64,000 nt of DNA from Candidatus Nealsonbacteria bacterium. GTDB lineage: Bacteria > Patescibacteriota > Minisyncoccia > Minisyncoccales > CSSED10-335. Position numbers and translations under genes: made by a program. The stretch lies in contig JAHXGM010000001.1 of assembly GCA_019923605.1 (NCBI GenBank), positions 398 through 64,397 on the forward strand, read 5' to 3'. This document shows, piece after piece, positions 58,304-64,000 of the stretch; position 1 is the first letter of the stretch; each line of letters begins with the position of its first letter. The notes under the pieces were generated by a model. It saw nothing but the letters and a program-made list of their open reading frames with translations. It ran no database searches and was not told the origin of the DNA.

Positions 58304-59005
58304 ATGAAGGACTTTTCTAACCTTGAAGAAAGAATAGGAATTAATTTTAAGAATAGGGATCTTTTAGCTCAAGCGCTTTGTCATAGATCTTATCTAAACG
58401 AAAATCCTAATTTCTATTTAGGACATAATGAGAGGTTAGAATTTTTAGGAGACGCTGTTTTAGAACTTGTCGTTACCGAAAGCTTGTACATTCAGTATCC
58501 CAAAAAAACTGAAGGAGAATTAACTAGCTGGAGAGCGGCATTAGTTAATACAAAAATATTATTTGAAGTTAGTAAAAAATTAGGTCTTAGCGAATTCCTT
58601 TTGCTTTCAAAGGGAGAATCAAAATCAGCTGGAAGAACCAAACAATCAATCCTAGCGAATACTTTTGAAGCCTTGATTGGAGCTATCTATCTTGACGGGG
58701 GATATGATTTATGTAAAAAATTCACTGAGAGCCATTTGATGCCTAGATTAACTGAGATTATAAAATTAGGACTTTTCAAAGATGCAAAGTCTAAGTTGCA
58801 AGAAGAATCTCAGAGTAGAGAATCCATTACCCCTTGTTACAAGGTTTTAGAAGAATGGGGACCAGATCACAAGAAAACATTTAGAGTGGGAGTTTTCATA
58901 GGAGATGATCTCATAGCAGAGGGTAAGGGATTATCAAAACAAGAAGGAGAAGAAGAGGCAGCCAAGAATGCTCTAATAGTAAAGAGATGGCATAACAATA
59001 ATTAA
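58304..59005 (+). CDS. rnc: Ribonuclease III
   Basis: RNase III signature ERLEFLGDAVL and a C-terminal dsRBD. Confidence 0.92.
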   Translation: MKDFSNLEERIGINFKNRDLLAQALCHRSYLNENPNFYLGHNERLEFLGDAVLELVVTESLYIQYPKKTEGELTSWRAALVNTKILFEVSKKLGLSEFLLLSKGESKSAGRTKQSILANTFEALIGAIYLDGGYDLCKKFTESHLMPRLTEIIKLGLFKDAKSKLQEESQSRESITPCYKVLEEWGPDHKKTFRVGVFIGDDLIAEGKGLSKQEGEEEAAKNALIVKRWHNNN

Positions 59006-59024
59006 TTATTTTAAATTAAAAGAA

Positions 59025-59384
59025 ATGATTACCATAAGATTCCTGAGAATAGGGAAAAAGAAACAACCGGTTTTTAAGATTGTAGTTACAGATAAAAAGA
59101 ATCCACCAACAGCGGGTAGATTTATTGATGAAGTTGGTTTCCATAATCCCATTACAAAGGAAAACAGAATTGATAAAGATAAGGTTTTACACTGGATTAG
59201 TAAGGGAGCAAAACCATCAGACACTGTTCGTAATCTTTTAATAAAAGGGGGAATCATTCAAGGGCAGAAAGCTCCTAAACACAAAATAGTAGAGAAGAAA
59301 GAAAAGTTAGTTCAAGAAAAGCCCGAAATTAAAAAAGAGGAAGTAGTTATTGAAGAAAAAGAAGCAGAGTCTATCAGTAGTTGA
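59025..59384 (+). CDS. rpsP: 30S ribosomal protein S16 with a C-terminal extension
   Basis: MITIRFLRIGKKKQPVFKIVVTD is an S16 N-terminus. Confidence 0.9.
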   Translation: MITIRFLRIGKKKQPVFKIVVTDKKNPPTAGRFIDEVGFHNPITKENRIDKDKVLHWISKGAKPSDTVRNLLIKGGIIQGQKAPKHKIVEKKEKLVQEKPEIKKEEVVIEEKEAESISS

Positions 59385-59498
59385 CTTTTTTTTAAAAAAT
59401 ATTAATACTAAGCTAGTAGCTTTCAATTACTTAATGTTTTAAGTATTGGAAGGTCGAGCTACTATGCGATTGGATGAAATTTAAAAACAGGGATTACT

Positions 59499-59813
59499 AT
59501 GACGAACCAAACTCCCGATCAAGACTTCCTTGAATACATTGTGAAAGCTTTAGTTGATCATCCAGGTGATGTTAAAGTTAATCGCAAGGTAGATGAGATG
59601 GGCGTATTACTATCTCTTATGGTGAACCCCAAAGATATGGGTCAAATCATCGGAAGGGCTGGAACAACCGCCAAAGCGATTAGAAACCTGGTGAGGATAA
59701 TTGGCTTAAAGAATCAAGCAAGAGTGAACTTGAAAATAGAGGAACCAGTTGGTGGGCAAGCCAGTGAGCCAGTTCCATCTTCTAGTACCAATTTGGAGGA
59801 TTTAAATCTTTAA
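59499..59813 (+). CDS. KH-domain RNA-binding protein (YlqC/UPF0109 family)
   Basis: KH GxxG motif (IIGRAGTTAKAIR) in the usual rpsP-KH-(rimM)-trmD neighbourhood. Confidence 0.8.
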   Translation: MTNQTPDQDFLEYIVKALVDHPGDVKVNRKVDEMGVLLSLMVNPKDMGQIIGRAGTTAKAIRNLVRIIGLKNQARVNLKIEEPVGGQASEPVPSSSTNLEDLNL

Positions 59814-59867
59814 AAAGTTTTACAAAGACTGCGGAGCCGTGCTATATTATTAGTACGGCTTCTTTTT

Positions 59868-60599
59868 TTGAAGATGAATTTTGAAGTAATAACAATATTT
59901 CCCAATATATTCACCTCTTATAAAGAGGAGAGTTTAATATTGCGAGCGAGGAAAAAAAAGATTATTGATATTAATATTTATAATTTAAGAAGTTGGTCAG
60001 ACGATAAGCATAAGACCGTTGATGATAAGCCTTTTGGGGGAGGATTAGGAATGGTAATGAAAGTAGATCCTATATTCAAAGCAGTTTCTGATATTAAGAA
60101 AGGAAAAAAATCTAAAGTGATTGTTTTTTCTCCTCGGGGAGAAAAGTTTAATCAATCTATGGCTCACGAATTTTCAAAATTAGATCAGTTAGTTATGGTC
60201 TGTGGTAGATATGAGGGAATTGATGAAAGAGTTTTAGACAATGTGGCTGATAAAGTAGTTTCAGTAGGAGATTATATTTTGATGGGAGGGGAATTGCCAG
60301 CCATGATAGTGATTGAAACAGTTTCTCGTCTTGTTCCGGGAGTTATAGGAAAAGATGAATTCTTAGGAGAAAGATTGAGAAATAAGGGTAAGAGTTTTAT
60401 TGAATATCCTCATTATACTCGTCCGGCTATTTTTGAACCTGGTAAAGCCTTAAAAAATATAGGTAAAAAGGAAATTAAGATAAGGGGGAAGAAAATAAGT
60501 TCATCATCAAAATTAAAATGGCAGGCTTCCGAAGATCTTCTTCTGGGCGATCATAAGAAAATTGATAAATGGCGTAAGGAGAAGGGAGTAATTTTTTAA
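59868..60599 (+). CDS. trmD: tRNA (guanine37-N1)-methyltransferase
   Basis: SPOUT fold signatures (FEVITIFP..., DDKPFGGGLGMVMK, CGRYEGIDERV). Confidence 0.92.
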   Translation: MKMNFEVITIFPNIFTSYKEESLILRARKKKIIDINIYNLRSWSDDKHKTVDDKPFGGGLGMVMKVDPIFKAVSDIKKGKKSKVIVFSPRGEKFNQSMAHEFSKLDQLVMVCGRYEGIDERVLDNVADKVVSVGDYILMGGELPAMIVIETVSRLVPGVIGKDEFLGERLRNKGKSFIEYPHYTRPAIFEPGKALKNIGKKEIKIRGKKISSSSKLKWQASEDLLLGDHKKIDKWRKEKGVIF

Positions 60600-60623
60600 A
60601 CAAACAATTAAAATAATTTAAAG

Positions 60624-63338
60624 ATGAATAAAGAAAACATTGAAATAAATTACCATGCAAGATCTATAGATGAAGTTTTTGAAATTTTTTCATCTAATAA
60701 GAATGGCCTTTCAGAAAAAGAAGCAAACAAACGATTGGAGGAATTCGGTCCCAATGAAATATCTAAAAAGGAGGGGACTCATCCATTTTTTATATTCCTA
60801 AAACAGTTTCATAGTATTCTAATTTATATTCTTCTTTTTGCTGCTGCCTTGACCTGGTATTACGAAAAGATGATAGATACTTACGTAATATTGTTCATAG
60901 TCGTTGTAAATTCCATTATGGGATTTATACAAGAATATAGAGCCGAGAAAGCTGTTCAGGCATTAAGCCAAATGGTTGTTTTATCGGCTAAAGTTTATCG
61001 AGACGGGGTGTTTAAAAAAATAGATTCAAAGCTTTTGGTTCCAGGAGATATTATTGAAGTTGGGGAGGGGGATCGAATACCTGTTGATGCCAGGATCTTT
61101 GAATTAAAGAATTTTCGTACCGTTGAATCATCCTTAACGGGTGAATCAAATCCAACCAATAAAAAGATTGATGTATTGGACGCAGGAGTTTCCCTAGCAG
61201 ATAGGAGTAATATGATTTGGATGGGAACTTTTGTGGCCGGAGGTCAATGTAGGGCTATTGTGGTTAGTACTGGAGAAGAAACTGCATTTGGCTCTATAGC
61301 AAAAGATATTGGAGTTATAAAAAAAGAAAGAAGCCACTTTGAAAAAAAGACTAGTATCCTTGCAAAGCAAATGGGAATAATAGCTATAATTGGGGCTATT
61401 ATTACTTTTATAGTCGGGTTTTATATTAAAGGTATTGAACTTGAAGAAATATTATTCTTTACAATCGCATCTTTAGTATCGGGCATACCGGAAGGATTAC
61501 CAGCCATTCTTATTATGGTTTTAGCGTTAGGGACGACCAGAATGGCTAAAAAGAATGTGATTATCCGTAGACTTCCGGCCGCTGAAACGCTTGGCGTGAC
61601 GACCGTTATTATGACTGATAAAACCGGAACCCTTACAAGAAATACAATGAATGTAAGAGAGATATTTTTTGTTAAAGAAGATAATGTTGAAGTTACAGGT
61701 AATGGATGGGAACCAAAAGGAAGTTTTTGTCGAGATGCATGTAACTTGTCGCCACTTGAAGAGCCGGTTTTAGACAGATTACTTCACATTTCAGCAATTT
61801 GTAATAATGCAAAATTAATCCAGGAAGATTCTCGGTACAAGATTATAGGAGACCCGACGGAGGGGTCCCTAGTAGTTTTGGCTGAAAAAGCAGGATTGAA
61901 AGGTGATGCTATGGGTGAAAAAAAGATAGATGATATGCCGTTTAGTTCAGAATTAAAGTATAGGGCATCGTTAGTATCAATGATTAGAAGCGATAGTAAG
62001 GAGGAGTTGTATGCAGTTGGTGCCCCAGAATCAATTTTAGAAAGATCAACTCACTATTTATCAAAGGATGGTAAAATAAAATTAACAGAAAAAGAAAGGA
62101 AAATTATTTCAAAAAAGATAGAAGAAATGACCAGTAAGGCCATGAGGACTATCGCTATGTCATACAAGGTTCTTCCTTTAAAGCATGGTTCTCTTACTGA
62201 TAAATTAGTCAACGAAATGGTCTTTGTGGGAGTTGTTGGAATTATTGATCCCCCGAGAGAAGAGGCAAGGGAATCGGTATTTAAAGCTAGAAATGCTGGA
62301 ATTAGAGTTATTATGACAACAGGAGATCACAAGGGTACTGCTCTTGCAATAGCAAAGGAAGTGGGTATTGCTGATGAGGGATCAGAGGCTTTTTCAGAGC
62401 CTGAACTTTTAGAAATGTCAGATAAGCAATTTAAGAAAGTAGTTAGTGATGTTAATGTTTTTTCTCGCTTAACTCCATCGATGAAATTAAAAATTGCTGA
62501 GATACTTCAAGAAAAAGGTGAGATTGTTGCTATGACTGGAGACGGAGTTAACGACGCTCCATCGCTTAAAAAAGCAGACATAGGCATTTCAATGGGTATT
62601 ACAGGAACTGATGTAGCCAGAGAATCTAGTGAAATTATTTTAGCAGATGATAATTTTGCATCAATTATAAATGCTATTGAAGAGGGTCGAATAATTTTCA
62701 TTAATACTCGACAGGCTAGCACTTTCCTTATTACAACTAGTTTCGCTCAATATGCGACATTAATCGCGGCTTTACTTCTTTTTAGTTTTGAAGGACAAGC
62801 ATTACTACCGCTTTTACCAACTCAGATTCTTTGGCTTAATTTAGTGACAGGTGGAGTCGCAGGATTTACTTTAGCTTCTGAGCCCGGACACGGCGATGTT
62901 TTAGATGGTCCTCCGCGAAAAAAGAATGAGAATATATTATCAAAAGAGATTATTCCTTTTTTGATTATGTTGACGATAATAATGACAACTATTACCTTGT
63001 CATTCTTTTCTTATCATTTAAATATTAATGGAGACATTAATAAAGCTAGAACAGCAGCCTTTCTGGCTATAGCGTCTACTCAGTTATTTAATGTATTGAA
63101 TATGCGATCGATGACTCAGTCAATTTTTGAGATCGGCCTTTTTTCTAACAAATATCTTGCTTATTCCTTGGGATCTACAATAATTCTTCAGGTAATTGCT
63201 ATATATTACCTACAGCCAATTTTTAATTTTGGGGCTTTAGGATACCAAGAGGTCATTCCTATAGTATTAGCTTCTTCGTTAGTTTTGTGGGCTGGTGAGA
63301 TTTATAAGAAGATTCGATACAAGGTTATTGAAAAATAA
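60624..63338 (+). CDS. P-type cation-transporting ATPase (type II, Ca2+/Mg2+-like)
   Basis: DKTGTLT phosphorylation site, TGES actuator (LTGES), TGDGVNDAP hinge, about 10 TM helices; 904 aa. Confidence 0.9.
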   Translation: MNKENIEINYHARSIDEVFEIFSSNKNGLSEKEANKRLEEFGPNEISKKEGTHPFFIFLKQFHSILIYILLFAAALTWYYEKMIDTYVILFIVVVNSIMGFIQEYRAEKAVQALSQMVVLSAKVYRDGVFKKIDSKLLVPGDIIEVGEGDRIPVDARIFELKNFRTVESSLTGESNPTNKKIDVLDAGVSLADRSNMIWMGTFVAGGQCRAIVVSTGEETAFGSIAKDIGVIKKERSHFEKKTSILAKQMGIIAIIGAIITFIVGFYIKGIELEEILFFTIASLVSGIPEGLPAILIMVLALGTTRMAKKNVIIRRLPAAETLGVTTVIMTDKTGTLTRNTMNVREIFFVKEDNVEVTGNGWEPKGSFCRDACNLSPLEEPVLDRLLHISAICNNAKLIQEDSRYKIIGDPTEGSLVVLAEKAGLKGDAMGEKKIDDMPFSSELKYRASLVSMIRSDSKEELYAVGAPESILERSTHYLSKDGKIKLTEKERKIISKKIEEMTSKAMRTIAMSYKVLPLKHGSLTDKLVNEMVFVGVVGIIDPPREEARESVFKARNAGIRVIMTTGDHKGTALAIAKEVGIADEGSEAFSEPELLEMSDKQFKKVVSDVNVFSRLTPSMKLKIAEILQEKGEIVAMTGDGVNDAPSLKKADIGISMGITGTDVARESSEIILADDNFASIINAIEEGRIIFINTRQASTFLITTSFAQYATLIAALLLFSFEGQALLPLLPTQILWLNLVTGGVAGFTLASEPGHGDVLDGPPRKKNENILSKEIIPFLIMLTIIMTTITLSFFSYHLNINGDINKARTAAFLAIASTQLFNVLNMRSMTQSIFEIGLFSNKYLAYSLGSTIILQVIAIYYLQPIFNFGALGYQEVIPIVLASSLVLWAGEIYKKIRYKVIEK

Positions 63339-63365
63339 TTTTTTTGTGTTAATATAACCCCGTTC

Positions 63366-63448
63366 GGGTAGGTGGCAGAGTGGACAATCGCTCTTGGCTG
63401 TAAACCAAGCGCCTTCGGGCTACGGGGGTTCGAATCCCTCCCTACCCA
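63366..63448 (+). tRNA. tRNA-Tyr (GTA), long variable arm
   Basis: Acceptor GGGTAGG/CCTACCC, anticodon stem-loop CTTGG-CTGTAAA-CCAAG, variable arm GCC-TTCG-GGC, T-loop TTCGAAT. Confidence 0.8.
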
Positions 63449-63463
63449 CAATACTTTGGGGGC

Positions 63464-63535
<72 letters not shown>

Positions 63536-63554
63536 CAAGATAAAAAACAATATT

Positions 63555-63728
63555 ATGGCTACAAAAACAAAGAAAAAATCATACGTAAAATTTCAGTGTT
63601 CTATATGCAAAAGAATTAATTATCTTCTTAAGAAATCAAAGGGAACAGTTCCTGATTCAAAACTAGAACTTAAGAAGTTTTGCAAGTGGTGCCGTGCTCA
63701 TAAAGATCATAAGGAAACTAAGAAATAG
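63555..63728 (+). CDS. rpmG: 50S ribosomal protein L33
   Basis: Not in the ORF track. The frame translates to MATKTKKKSYVKFQCSICKRINYLLKKSKGTVPDSKLELKKFCKWCRAHKDHKETKK: a zinc ribbon C..C...C..C with the L33 motif KLELKK(F/Y)C. Confidence 0.85.
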   Translation: MATKTKKKSYVKFQCSICKRINYLLKKSKGTVPDSKLELKKFCKWCRAHKDHKETKK

Positions 63729-63734
63729 TAAAAC

Positions 63735-63806
63735 GGGGGTGTGGTGTCAATGGTAGCACAACGGTCTCCAAAACCGTTAGTCTAGGTTCGAATCCTTGCA
63801 CCCCCG
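63735..63806 (+). tRNA. tRNA-Trp (CCA)
   Basis: Acceptor GGGGGTG/CACCCCC, anticodon stem-loop ACGGT-CTCCAAA-ACCGT, T-loop TTCGAAT. Confidence 0.75.
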
Positions 63807-63816
63807 CTCTTTATAT

Positions 63817-64000
63817 ATGACTTTAGATATTAAAAAAGATCTAAAATTCCTAAGAAAGAAATCTGAAGAAGTTAAGGAAGTTAATGAAGAGGTGAAGTCC
63901 CTTATTTCTGATATGATGGAGACAATGATTGAAAATAATGGAATAGGCCTTGCTGCTCCTCAAGTCGGACACTTTAAAAGAATTATTTTAATTCAATTTG
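63817..64000 (+). CDS. def: Peptide deformylase (5' portion; continues beyond the window)
   Basis: Motif I GIGLAAPQVG in the translated N-terminus (MTLDIKKDLKFLRKKSEEV...). Confidence 0.8.
   Translation, partial: MTLDIKKDLKFLRKKSEEVKEVNEEVKSLISDMMETMIENNGIGLAAPQVGHFKRIILIQF

Overview
This is a low-GC, tightly packed bacterial chromosome segment dominated by translation and information-processing genes; I saw no CRISPR array, IS element or rRNA gene. The most unusual element is a ~434-codon intein in gyrB at 38049..39350. A putative AbiEi/AbiEii toxin-antitoxin pair with its own predicted operator, a thymidylate-synthesis cluster and several uncharacterised membrane proteins are the next most worthwhile things to check.

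Gene content by position:
- 700..16000: the str, S10, spc and alpha ribosomal operons in canonical order, rpsL-rpsG-fusA-tuf-rpsJ-rplC...rplO-secY-adk-map.
- 16052..22400: five non-canonical genes inside the conserved adk ... infA block. An extra P-loop kinase sits between adk and map. A GalT-family HIT enzyme, tpiA, a short alaS and an unknown membrane protein sit between map and infA.
- 22447..26508: infA-rpmJ-rpsM-rpsK-rpsD-rpoA-rplQ-rplM-rpsI.
- No L30 gene lies between rpsE and rplO, and rplK is not followed by rplA.
- 27968..36281: murA, two mreB paralogues, holB, frr, an RseP-type protease and gatCA.
- 36334..36568: three tRNAs (initiator Met, Met-CAT, Asp-GTC).
- 36744..39983: gyrB carrying the intein, which itself contains an HNH endonuclease motif and Lys/Glu/Trp-rich tandem repeats.
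- 40024..41203: secE-nusG-rplK.
- 41852..45274: a thymidylate cluster (dCMP deaminase with an N-terminal extra domain, divergent thyA, HIT, tmk, folA).
- 45414..47564: deoC and gatB.
- 47790..49133 (minus strand): a putative AbiEi/AbiEii type IV toxin-antitoxin pair with a consensus promoter and an inverted-repeat operator.
- 49176..60599: miaA, miaB, dnaE, rnhB, rpmF, nusB, rnc, rpsP, trmD.
- 60624..64000: a P-type ATPase, tRNA-Tyr, tRNA-Thr, rpmG, tRNA-Trp and the start of def.

The absence of L30 (and of an rplA gene after rplK), the Lys-rich ribosomal-protein extensions and the compact size suggest a Candidate Phyla Radiation/Patescibacteria-like organism; this is inference only. All calls rest on reading motifs in the supplied ORF translations and the raw sequence by eye, with no searches run.
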